Positions 42,587-53,667 are shown, counted from the first letter of the stretch. The stretch is DNA of 64,000 nt from a bacterium (GCA_965261595.1 CBDHDG010000006.1:768001-832000); one strand, 5' to 3'. Translations and numbers: made by a program. The notes: a model not told the origin generated them from the letters alone.

Positions 42587-44281
42587 CCTGGATATCTCAC
42601 AAAGAAAGAGAGCCAAGCCGGTTTTTTTCGGGTAAACTCTTTTTGATCAACGGGTTGCCCGAAGAAAGGAGACCGACTTGACTCGCACACAGTGTATCGC
42701 AGAACAGATGGAATTCCAAGGGTTGGGTTCTCGGCGTGTGATCGCCACTTCCAACGGCGGGGCGATCACCTCTGATGCGGGCGGTCTTTTGCTACGCGAC
42801 ACCGAGGGGCGGGTGAAGCTGATCGCAGGCTTCGCGGCCTGTTTTGAGGACGGTCGGGACGCGAGGCGGGTGGAAGATGAGTTGTGGGCGTTGTTGCGGC
42901 AGCGGGTGTACGCGCTGGCGCTTGGCTATGAGGACGTCAATGACCACGAGCGGCTTCGCTTTGACCCGATGCTCCAGATCCTCTCGGGCAAGCTGGAGGC
43001 CACGCGGCGCAAGGGGGGTCCGGCCCTTGCGGGCAAGAGCACGCTGAACCGTTTGGAGCGTCTTGCGGGCGATGGCGATGAGCGCTACCACAAGATCGCC
43101 TACCGAGGCGAGGCGATCGACCGGCTGTTGGTGGAGGGCTTCCTTCGGTCGCAGAGGCGGGCGCCGGGTCGGATCGTTTTGGACATCGACGCCACCGACG
43201 ACCCGGTGCACGGCTGTCAGGAGGGGCGTTTCTTCCACGGCTATCACGGTCATTACTGCTACCTTCCGCTTTACATCTTCTGCGGGGATTTCCTTTTGTG
43301 CGCTCGGCTTCGGCCCTCCAATATCGACGCCTCCTCGGGGGTGGTGGAGGAGTTGGAGCGGATCGTTGCCCAGATTCGGGCACGCTGGCCGCAGGTGTCG
43401 ATCCTGCTTCGGGCGGATTCGGACTTCTCGCGCGAGTGGATCATGGCCTGGTGCGAGGCGCAGGGGGTGGATTACGTGTTCGGCCTGGCCAAGACCTCCC
43501 GGCTGCAGGAAGCGGTGAAGGACGAGCTGGCCGAAGCGAAGGCGCGTCATCAGAGCACGGGGAAGGGGGCGCGGTTATTCCGGTCGTTTCCTCACCGGAC
43601 GCTTACATCCTGGAGCCGGGTGCGGCGGGTGGTTGCCAAGGCCGAGCACCTGGCCAAGGGCGCCAATCCGCGCTTCATCGTGACTTCGCTGGACGAGGAG
43701 GCGATCGACGCGAAGCCTCTGTACGAGCGCATCTACTGCGCCCGGGGGACGATGGAGAACCGGCTCAAGGAGCAGCAGCTCGACCTGTACGCGGACCGGA
43801 CGTCGTGCACGCGGATGCGCTCCAATCAGTTGCGGCTCTACCTGTCGGCGGTGGCCTATGAACTGATGCATGCGTTGCGTCGGCTAGGCCTTCGGGGGAC
43901 GGCGTTTGCAAAGGCAACGTGTGGAACGGTGCGGACGCGGCTGCTGAAGATCGGGGCGCAGGTTCGGGTGAGCGTGCGGCGAGTGCACGTGGCCCTTGCG
44001 ACGGGTTATCCGTACATGAATGTGTTCTTCCACGCCTGGCGGAACCTGCGCGCGGGGCCGGAGGGAGAGCCCGCCGTCTAAGACAGATTGCAAAATGAAC
44101 GCGCAGGGAGTCGAGGCAAACGTGCGTGCGGAGCCGAGCCAAATCGGCCAAAAAGCCCCTCTCACGGGTCAACTCCAACCACCCACCGGCCCTGGTTCCA
44201 CCGTAAAAGCGACAGACAGGAAAAAACACTCCAATTCACACCCGATAATCCATCCGCCGAGTGGGGGGTGAGAAATGCGGG
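42587..44281 (+). mobile_element. IS1380-family element (transposase 42678-44081)
   Basis: TSDAGG, LDIDATDD, LRADS, RGTMENRLKE; TIRs CCTGGATATCTCAC / CCCGCATTTCTCAC; CTAG on both sides. Confidence 0.93.
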
Positions 44282-44303
44282 CTAGGCGCCGTCTTTGCCC
44301 GGC

Positions 44304-45707
44304 TGGACCGCCCCTGGGTTATTGGACACTCGGGTGAGGGTATTCGACCTCATGCGGCCTCCGCAACTTGAGCGAGTTTTTCCTGCCTTGCCTGGGCCGG
44401 CGTTCGGTAGCCGTAGCCCTCGAGAATCCAATGATGGTTATACAGGTTCTTGAACTCAAGCAGCGCCCACCGCAGTTCCTCTACGGTGGCGAAAGAGCGC
44501 ACCCACAGGAGATTCTCCTTCAAGATGCGGATGAACCACTCACAGTAGCCATTTCCCTCGGGCGCCCGCACGAAGCTGGGCGAACTGGTCATGCCCAGGT
44601 AGGCGATCTCCCGCTGAAAGTCATCGGACAGATAGGCGGGGCCGTGGTCGTGACGAACTTTAAGCCCCTCGGCGACGTCCGCCTCCAAGCCGGCGAAGCG
44701 CTCGGCGACCCCCTGCCGGATCGGCTCCAGGGCCTCGAAGCGGTTGCCGCTCTTGGCCGCATGGATCCCCACGCAGTCCACCGAGCAGTGATCCACCGCC
44801 ACGAACACCGAGGCCATCCCCTCCTCGGTGGTCACCGTCGTCGTCATGTCCGTGCCCCACATTCGGTCGGGCCGCTCGGTGCGGATGGTCCCGTTGTGGG
44901 CCTTGGGACCTCGGGGTTTGCCCACCCGGTGGGGGGCCTGAAGCCCCGCCTCCCGCATCAGGCGACGCACCCGCTCCTTGCTGGTGCGGATGCCCGCGAA
45001 GCGCAGCCTCGCCCACACCTTGCGGTAGCCCTCGCCATGGAAGGGAGAGTCCTCCAGGACCTGCCGGATGTGGCCGAGGAGTTCCGCATCGGTGCACGGG
45101 CCCACAGGGCCGCGCTTATTGGGCGTGGGGCGTTCATGAACGGGGACCGCCTCTCGCCGCCGTTGCGCGTAGACCGTGGAGCGCGCCAAGCCCCAAAGGG
45201 CGCACACCCGCTTCAGGCCGTAGGCTCTGCCCGTGGAGGTGAAGCGGGCCTGACTCATCGCCTCCACCTCCTGCCGGCTAAAGGGCGGCCGGCCTCCAGG
45301 CGGTCGATCTTCTCCCGCAGGACCTCGCCCTCCATCGTGAGTTCGCCCACCTTGGCCTTGAGCCGGGCGTTCTCCTCGTCCCGCTCATCCGCCGGGCGGG
45401 CTTTGAGCGCCGCCTCGCCCCCGCGAAGGAACGCCTCGCGCCAGGCGGAAAGCCGAGCCGCTGTCGTGCCCAACTCGCGGCAGAGCGTCTCCAGGCTCTC
45501 GCCCCGCAAAAGACGCAGGACCGCCTCCCGCTTGCGCTGGCAGGAGAACCGACCCCGCTCACTGCGATGCCCTGGGGCCTTGGCTCCGTTCGCCCTGCGG
45601 GCGCCCTCCGCCAAAGCCCCCTCTTGCTTTTGTTCGTTCATCGCGACACCCCTTTCTCCATGAATCATGGATCAATCGAGTGTCCAACAAAACCCTAGAG
45701 CGGGGGA
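44304..45707 (-). mobile_element. IS3-family-like element, copy A
   Basis: HTH orfA plus DDE orfB (WGTD, RHDHG, PEGNG..E); imperfect TIRs; CGGC duplicated. Confidence 0.9.
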
Positions 45708-45820
45708 CGGCTTCGGCAACATGCTCTTGTGCTTTTGCCCCAAAAACCGGAAACTGGCGTAATCCTGCGTTCAGGCGTTGTTGGCGATTTTGTGCCGGAA
45801 GGCACATGGAGGATCTTTGC

Positions 45821-48367
45821 ATGCCCACGGCCAGCAGATGCCGCGCTCATTCGATTCTTCAGGCGGTCGTCCTGGCGATGATCTCGGTGGTGACGACGAA
45901 TGTCGCGGCGCAAGACGGGGCCGCTGACGGGAATCCGTCGGCGGCCAGCCATATTACCCGTCCCGCGGCGGACATGACGCGCCCCGTCGCCGTGATCGAC
46001 CGGCGCGATATCGAACTCTCCGGCATGACGAACCTGGGGGACCTGCTACTGAGGCGCTCGGTGTACAACAGTTTCGGCATCTATCGACCGTTCGTCCTCG
46101 GAAGCGGCCGGTCGCGATTCTCGTCAACGGGCGCCGCATATCCGATTCAACCTTCGATTTCGACGCCCTCCCCATATCGGCCGTCGAACGGGTCGAGATA
46201 CTGAGCGATACCGCCGCCGCCCTGCACGGTGGACACGCAATCGGCGGCGCGGTCAACATCGTGCCCAGGCGTGGTTACGAAGGCATTGAAGTCCAGGCGG
46301 GCGCGTCCCGGCCGACTCAGCAGGCGTGTGGCGATTCCGAGCACGGGAGTGCCCTGTTGGGAGGTGCGCTTGGGCGCGGTCGTCTGGTCATCGGCGTCGA
46401 CACCTTCCGACGACAGGAGATACGCGACGCCGACCGGGACTACGGTCGCGCTTCGTGGATGCCGGGCGGCTCGTTCGCCGACGCGTCCGGCGTTTCGGTG
46501 GGCGGCAACACCGTCTTCATCAGCACCACTGACGGCTCGATCGCCCGTCCTCTCGGCGACTGTGAGGGAAGCGCCTACGCCAGTGGACTCACCAACCCCT
46601 TCGATATTCCCGGAACGGGCTGCGGTTTTGCCTACTCCGCCATCAAGTGGCATTGGGAGCGTCTCAGGCGAGACAGCGTGTTCCTCAACGCCGATTACCC
46701 TCTTGTCCGGGGCGTGAACATGTATCTTGACGCCCGGACCGCGCGGGGTGAAACCGACTTCCGGTATGCTCCATCGGTCGATTCCTTCTCCTTTGCGCCC
46801 TCGGAGGACTTCAAGGATGAACTGCTTGAAAAATATCCTGAGATTAAACGTGACGATCTCAAGAAAGTTAGAGTGTTCCATAGATTCGTCGCCCACGACA
46901 ATCGCGACTGGCAGACGGATATGGAGGAGCATGATCTCTCGGTCGGCGTCCGGGGCCGGTTGTACGGCGTCGGCTATGACGCACATCTTCGCTACTATCT
47001 GTACGACGCGGTTGAAACCGGCGACACGTTCGTGAGCAGGAGCGCGATTGTGAAAGCCATTGGCGATGGACGTTATGACATCGAAAACCCGTTTTCGACG
47101 GACCCCGACCATCTGGCGGCCGTTCGGGAGACCGGCCTTCAACTCAAGCACGATCAGGTCACGGAGCACAGGACGACGCGGGTCTCGTTCAACGGCGCGG
47201 CGTTCCCACTCTCCGGAGGCCATGTCCTATTGGGCCGCGGGAACCGAAGTCGTGTCCGAGGACTGGCGAGACGTCCGCCGTTACCGGGACATCAATGACC
47301 GCTCCTACGACCCGACCGACGTGCTCGGCTCCGGCGGAACCTCGACATCCGGAGAACGGCGGCGTTGGTCGACGTTCGCGGAAGTCTCCATCCCGTTGCT
47401 CAAGGGTTGGGACCTCACCCTCGCCGGGCGGCGTGACGACCACGACGACGTCGGCGAGACATTCTCCGGACAGGTCGCGAGGCCGGTACCGGCTGAACCA
47501 AAACATCACGCTCCGCGCGTCCTGGGGCACGGGCGCCAGGGTGCCTGGCCTCGGTGTTCTCCACGTACGCGACGCGATCGACTATCCATTCATTTGCGAC
47601 CGGAGGATGCTCGTCGGCGATATCGGTGATTGCGACAGGCAACAGGTGGAGCGCGTGAGCGACGGGAACCCGAACCTGAAGCCGGACGACGCGGAGAGCC
47701 TCAACATCGGCGCCATGGCGTCCCTGGGGCCTTTTTCCCTGAGCTTGGACTGGTTCCGTATCAATCTTTCCGATGTGCCGACGAGATTCCCTGCGCAGTC
47801 CACCATCGACCTGGAAGCGAAAGGGCGGCGGCTGCCCTCCGATGTGAGGGTCATACGCGAAGGAGATGTCATCAGGGGGATCGAGAGCAAGTGGTTCAAC
47901 CTCGGGAAACTGACGTCGAGGGTCTCGACCTGCGGGGGCGCATCGATTGGAAAACCGATTTGGCGGATATGGCCTTCGACCTCCGATGGTCACACGTGAT
48001 CGAGCATGAAAGCCGGGCGGCCGGCGAGAAGGTGCCGGGCGACTACCCGCGAGACCGCGTCCACGCATCGCTTCGCACGACGCGAGGCGGCATCATCGCG
48101 AACTGGAACGTCCATGCGGTTTCGGACTATTGGAATACGGATAGAACCGCTCGCTACGAAAAGTGGATAGGGCATGATATTACGCTGAGCTGGCACGAGG
48201 CGTTCGGCTTGCTCGGGCTGAAGGTTGTGGGTGGCGTCCTCAATATCGGCGATCGCGGTCCGTCCACGGATTCCACGAACCCCGGCATTGATGGCGCGGA
48301 CGTGACTCTTGATTCCGCCCTGGGGCGTACGCTGTTCCTAAAAGCCAAAGTCTCCTTCCGCTTCTAA
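45821..48367 (+). pseudogene. TonB-dependent receptor, several frameshifts
   Basis: Signal peptide, PVAVIDRRDIELSG, AVERVEIL, AIGGAVNI, GNPNLKP, GRTLFLKAKVSFRF; frame breaks near 46110, 47220, 47480, 47905. Confidence 0.88.
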
Positions 48368-48446
48368 AGCGGGCCCAAGGCCCGTACTTGGCTGTTGAGC
48401 CGGGCGCGCGGCGTGGGCCGCGCTCGACCGGCAGGGGCCTACCCCA

Positions 48447-48529
48447 TGGATTCCTGCCCTACGTAGGAATGACAGACTAAATCCACGTCGATCCCCCCGG
48501 TCCGTCATTCCCGCGAAAGCGGGAATCCA
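48447..48529. repeat. Paired GTCATTCCCGCGAAAGCGGGAATCC-type palindromic repeats
   Basis: Inverted degenerate unit 48447-48473 and unit 48504-48529; partial unit at ~35776. Confidence 0.75.
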
Positions 48530-48739
48530 GTATCGCCGGAATAACCCCGCCGGGGGCCTTCCCTGCATCTCTTGGGCGGGGGCATGAGTGACAGACACGC
48601 GGCTACTGCGCCTTGATCTGGAGTGTCAGGATGAACTCGAGCAGGGCCGCTTTTTCGCCGTCCCGCCGTCCCAGGGTCCAATGATTCCACGCGGGCTTGT
48701 GCCGGTTTCGTCGCTTCGCCGGGCAGTTCCGGGGCCGTC

Positions 48740-49350
48740 TTAGAGACGTCCCGGAGGGTCGGCCAGGTAGTTGATGTGTATTCCGTTGACTGACGGAGGG
48801 GCACGAGATGAGGAGAAGGGGCGGATTTTGTGGGAAGTTGAAGGCGAAGGTGGCGCCGGAGGCGCTTTGGGGCGACGAGACGATTCAGGAGATCGCCTCG
48901 AGTCATGAGGTTCATCCGAACCGGCGTCTTCGCGTGGAAGCGCCAAGCGAGCGATGGTCTTGGTGAGGTGTTCTCGAACGGGGTCGAGCGGCGGGAGATG
49001 GGGGTGCGCGATCACACGGCGTTGAGCGTGAGCCGTCAATGCCGTTGGGTCTCGATGAGCCGGTCCTCGTTGTACTACAGGCCGCGCGGACAACCCGGCG
49101 CTGATGCGGCGCATCGATGAGCCGTTCCTGAAGCATCCGTTCTACGGCAGCCGCCGGATGGTCCGTCATCTGTGCCGCATCCCGCGCACCGGGTTTACCC
49201 GCATCTGCTCAAGGGCTTGGCGATCGAGCGGCCCGATCAGGTCAGGTGCGGCGCGGCTTCCCGTATCCGGTGGCGGTCATGGACTGGGCGAGCCAACATG
49301 TCTTGGCCTGGCGGCTCTCGAACACCCTGGACGCGGGCTTCCGTGTCGAG
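48740..49350 (+). mobile_element. Degenerate IS3-family remnant
   Basis: Broken frames LKAKVA..DETIQEIA..HEVHP, HPFYGSRRM, VAVMDWAS.HVLAWRLSNTLD. Confidence 0.8.
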
Positions 49351-49723
49351 GTGCCGGTTCGCCGGCGTCGCCTTTCAGAGGTGAGTGCGCGCCAGGGAGT
49401 GGGCACAATTCGCGAGACCGGGCAGAGACCTCCAAGGAGGCGACCCGTGGCGACAGATCAGCCAGGCGCCGTATGTACGAGACGATCCGGCTGCGCCTGA
49501 GGGGCCATTCCCCACTGCGAATCCCAGGTGGAACTCCGGGGTGGAAATCGCAGGGTCGTTGGCTTCCTCATCAGACTGGCAGCAGCCCACGGTAGGGTGG
49601 CCGTCGCGGGCGTAAACCGGATCTATAGCCGCGGGAAGGATCGCGCCAAAGACGAAATGGATGACGGGTTGACCAACGGCGCATACTCCAGATTTCGTGA
49701 CCGTTCAAGAAAGGAGTCCGACC

Positions 49724-50194
49724 GTGAAGAAGAGAGTTTACCTGGCAAACCCCTACGGGTTTTCACAACAACAGCAGCACGGGCTGCTTCCCGCCTTTGT
49801 AGAGGCGATTGGTTCGCTGGGAGCGGAGGTGTGGGAGCCCTTTCAGCGAAACAATCAGATCGACTTCACCGCGTCCGGATGGGCATACAAAGTGGGGCAA
49901 GCCGACCTGAAGGACGTTTTCGAGTCGGACGGTATTTTTGCCATCGTGAACGGGACCCCGCCCGACGAAGGAGTCATGGTAGAGCTCGGCGTCGCGATCG
50001 GCCTCGGGAAAAAGATCTTTCTCTTCCGCGACGATTTCAGAAGATGTACAGAATCGGAAGTTTATCCCCTGAACCTCATGCTCTTCACCGGTCTCCCTGA
50101 ATGGGGGTGGGAAGACCACTACTATACGTCCGTGAGCGAGATCCCTTCTCCGAAGAAGGCGCTGGCCCGGTGGGTGCGTGGTGAACTCGACTGA
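49724..50194 (+). CDS. Nucleoside 2-deoxyribosyltransferase family protein
   Basis: VYLANPYGF, VWEPF, DLKDV..SD, PDEGVMVELG.A..LGK; AAGGAG before GTG. Confidence 0.88.
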   Translation: MKKRVYLANPYGFSQQQQHGLLPAFVEAIGSLGAEVWEPFQRNNQIDFTASGWAYKVGQADLKDVFESDGIFAIVNGTPPDEGVMVELGVAIGLGKKIFLFRDDFRRCTESEVYPLNLMLFTGLPEWGWEDHYYTSVSEIPSPKKALARWVRGELD

Positions 50195-50348
50195 CCTGAT
50201 ACGCGACGCTATGATAGATGTTGAATGTTTACCTTGCCTGGACTCGGGCGGATCAGCGGTCGCCGCCGGTTCAGATATGGCGCATAGCCAACTTCGAGCA
50301 TACCTCTCGCATTTGTCCGATCATCGAAATCAGACGGAAGGTGTTGTA

Positions 50349-50731
50349 ATGCAGCTGTCATCGGCGATGTTTCGCGCCATCCGGGGCATACTGGGCATTC
50401 TGGGGGTCTGCATTGTGCTCGGCGCGTCGGGCAAGAGCGCTGCCGGAGAGCCGCGGCGGTCGGGGTGGTACATGGGCGCGGGCGCCGGGGCGAATTGGTC
50501 TTCCAGCATGTAGCAGATGGGCCACAACCGGGAAACGACCTGTTATCCGAACGACGATTGCAGTCATCTCCCCGGTGGAATTCCCGACGGCTATCGCTGG
50601 CGCTACGACCTGGAAGCGGATACCGGTGTTGCGTTCGAAGCTGCAATCGGCTTTATGTTCGACGGCGTGCGCCTGGAATTGTCAGCCAGCCAGCGAAACA
50701 ATGATCTTGAGCAGAAATTCTCTGGGGGTTA
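50349..50731 (+). pseudogene. Truncated outer-membrane beta-barrel gene with in-frame TAG at 50511
   Basis: Signal peptide, GWYMGAGAG, Cys pair, W.YD...G, RLELS, as in the 32891-33766 protein. Confidence 0.78.
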
Positions 50732-50755
50732 AAAAGGGGTCAGATCTATTTTTAA

Positions 50756-51663
50756 CGTATTTATATACTTGACACAGACGACCACAACATGTAGGTCGCG
50801 CCCGCGTCTCGGCTGACCACAAGATGTAGGGGCATGCTTCCATCGATCCGTTTCCAGAAGATGCGCTCTATCAGATCGTTCGGTTTCATTGATCGATAAA
50901 ATCCACGCGCTGAATATCGCCCTTTTCATTGAAGTGTAAAAACAACTTTTTGTTTATATGCAATGTGTTGTTGGTTTTTCCTTTTCTTCCGTACTTAAAC
51001 TCAAATTCAAGACCGCCCTCAAAAACGCCGCTTCTCTTCTGCTCTATAGGATATGTAGTGATCGTCAAACCACCCCATCCCTCCTGCAGGGATGGTATAG
51101 CTATTCTTGGCATATGGCTCTTTTGTCGGGTACAACTTATCAAATGTTGAGACGACATTTACAACCTCAAATGTCACCGGGAAAAGAGCTTTGTTGTTAA
51201 ACGTAGCACCAATCCGCAGTGATTTTACTACACCAGCTTTGTCGATTATTCTGTCAGTTCTCACACTATGAAAGTTAAGCATATCCGCAACTCTATTACG
51301 ATACCGCCATTCGCTGAATCGCAACAATCCCATAGAGGAAACTGAAAACAGAATGACCGCTCCAACATATAGGTTGAACAACTGGATATGTTGCGCAAAA
51401 CCGATCGTGACGCCAGCCGCCGTGACCGCAATGGGCCATATCCAGCTCCGCAGTAATTCACCCGCCAAAAAGAGGGCGACTTTGCGAAGCCAATTGAGCA
51501 TGATTCAGTCATTGTATGATCCCTCTTCGGTTGAGTCAAGCGCATAATTGCGAATCCAACTCCACCATGACTTGAGTTGAAGCATGCCCCTACATCTTGT
51601 GGTCAGCCGAGACGCGGGGACGATCTACATGTTGTGGTCGTCTGCGTCAAGTACATAATTCCG
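50756..51663. mobile_element. Second non-autonomous cassette with IS1595-like ends and no transposase
   Basis: ~85-bp TIRs (50756-50840 and 51579-51663); ATTTTTAA duplicated at 50748-50755 and 51664-51671; AT-rich interior. Confidence 0.9.
50886..51501 (-). CDS. Hypothetical membrane-anchored passenger protein, probably frameshifted near 51055
   Basis: Two N-terminal hydrophobic segments; ORFs 51019-51501 and 50886-51158 overlap. Confidence 0.55.
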
Positions 51664-51883
51664 ATTTTTAAAGGGACTTATATATTTGGGTTAATGTGAC
51701 GATACTGCCACAAATAAGGGGAATTATATACGAACGTCCCGAACCTCAGCGCCTCCGGTTCCGGGGCTTGTCAATTAGGCGGACGTTCACAGTATCAAGC
51801 AAGGCCCCGGTGACCTCTTCCATGCTGGGGGTCGATCCGTATCGCTTCCTCAGATTGGCGTCCATGCCCTCTTTGAGTTCCCG

Positions 51884-53286
51884 TCCCCCGCTCAGGGTTT
51901 TGTTGGACACTCGATTGATCCATGATTCATGGAGAAAGGGGTGTCGCGATGAACGAACAAAAGCAAGAGGGGGCTTTGGCGGAGTGCGCCCGTAGGGCGA
52001 ACGGAGCCAAGGCCCCAGGGCATCGCAGTGAGCGGGGTCGGTTCTCCTGCCAGCGCAAGCGGGAGGCGGTCCTGCGTCTTTTGCGGGGCGAGAGCCTGGA
52101 GACGCTCTGCCGCGAGTTGGGCACGACAGCGGCTCGGCTTTCCGCCTGGCGCGAGGCGTTCCTTCGCGGGGGCGAGGCGGCGCTCAAAGCCCGCCCGGCG
52201 GATGAGCGGGCCGAGGAGAACGCCCGGCTCAAGGCCAAGGTGGGCGAACTCACGATGGAGGGCGAGGTCCTGCGGGAGAAGATCGACCGCCTGGAGGCCG
52301 GCCGCCCTTTAGCCGGCAGGAGGTGGAGGCGATGAGTCAGGCCCGCTTCACCTCCACGGGCAGAGCCTACGGCCTGAAGCGGGTGTGCGCCCTTTGGGGC
52401 TTGGCGCGCTCCACGGTCTACGCGCAACGGCGGCGAGAGGCGGTCCCCGTTCATGAACGCCCCACGCCCAATAAGCGCGGCCCTGTGGGCCCGTGCACCG
52501 ATGCGGAACTCCTCGGCCACATCCGGCAGGTCCTGGAGGACTCTCCCTTCCATGGCGAGGGCTACCGCAAGGTGTGGGCGAGGCTGCGCTTCGCGGGCAT
52601 CCGCACCAGCAAGGAGCGGGTGCGTCGCCTGATGCGGGAGGCGGGGCTTCAGGCCCCCCACCGGGTGGGCAAACCCCGAGGTCCCAAGGCCCACAACGGG
52701 ACCATCCGCACCGAGCGGCCCGACCGAATGTGGGGCACGCACATGACGACGACGGTGACCACCGAGGAGGGGATGGCCTCGGTGTTCGTGGCGGTGGATC
52801 ACTGCTCGGTGGACTGCGTGGGGATCCATGCGGCCAAGAGCGGCAACCGCTTCGAGGCCCTGGAGCCGATCCGGCAGGGGGTCGCCGAGCGCTTCGCCGG
52901 CTTGGAGGCGGACGTCGCCGAGGGGCTTAAAGTTCGTCACGACCACGGCCCCGCCTATCTGTCCGATGACTTTCAGCGGGAGATCGCCTACCTGGGCATG
53001 ACCAGTTCGCCCACCTTCGTGCGGGCGCCCGAGGGAAATGGCTACTGTGAGTGGTTTATCCGCATCTTGAAGGAGAATCTCCTGTGGGTGCGCTCTTTCG
53101 CCACCGTAGAGGAACTGCGGTGGGCGCTGCTTGAGTTCAAGAACCTGTACAACCATCATTGGATTCTCAAGGGCTACGGCTACCGAACGCCGGCCCAGGC
53201 AAGGCAGGAAAAACTCGCTCAAGTTGCGGAGGCCGCATGAGGTCGAATACCCTCACCCGAGTGTCCAATAACCCAGGGGCGGTCCA
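51884..53286 (+). mobile_element. IS3-family-like element, copy B (first DDE Asp changed to His)
   Basis: Near-identical to copy A; WGTH instead of WGTD; CCG duplicated. Confidence 0.9.
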
Positions 53287-53484
53287 CCGTGAGCTTAAAA
53301 AGCGACGCTCAGGCGCGAGAATATTATTTCTGCGGGGTTGTGGTGCCCGTCGGAAAACAAGGGCCTCATAGGCGAGGTTTGGTGAAATTCTCGTATATTC
53401 CTGCGTTCCGTGTGGTGATAATCGTGGGGACAATGGATAGATCATAATTATAGATTTATTAAATACAATATATTGCAGTGTGCT

Positions 53485-53508
53485 TTCGATTCCCCCAGCC
53501 TCCACCAA
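53485..53508 (+). repeat. attR core
   Basis: TTCGATTCCCCCAGCCTCCACCAA. Confidence 0.92.
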
Positions 53509-53556
53509 ACAAACGCAAAGCCCCGTGGTCAACCCACGGGGCTTTGCGTTTGTTTG
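53506..53556 (+). terminator. Long hairpin, probably the displaced original ssrA terminator
   Basis: Perfect 23-bp stem 53506-53528 / 53534-53556 overlapping attR. Confidence 0.8.
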
Positions 53557-53565
53557 TAGGCTCTT

Positions 53566-53613
53566 GGGTCGGATGACCCACCGGGTCGGTTGACCCCTCG
53601 GGTCGGTTGACCC
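53566..53613. repeat. Three 14-bp hairpin units, 17-bp period
   Basis: GGGTCGG(A/T)TGACCC at 53566, 53583, 53600. Confidence 0.8.
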
Positions 53614-53667
53614 ACCGGGTTCGTCCCCGCGTTCCCAGAAAGTGTGCCACAGGCAGCCTGTCCGCCT

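Larger units (their letters stand above)
24016..53508. mobile_element. ssrA-integrated genomic island, phage-satellite/PICI-like core plus cargo
   Basis: att direct repeats, integrase adjacent to attL, AlpA-primase-helicase module, no capsid or tail genes. Confidence 0.9.

Noticed and set aside
50511..50513. Pyrrolysine or recoded TAG
   Set aside because: The gene is truncated anyway and TAG is a normal stop elsewhere in the window (e.g. smpB)
53485..53508. tRNA gene at attR
   Set aside because: Only the T-arm/acceptor 3' fragment of ssrA is present
24016..53508. Complete prophage or conjugative element
   Set aside because: No capsid, portal, large terminase, tail, relaxase or T4SS genes
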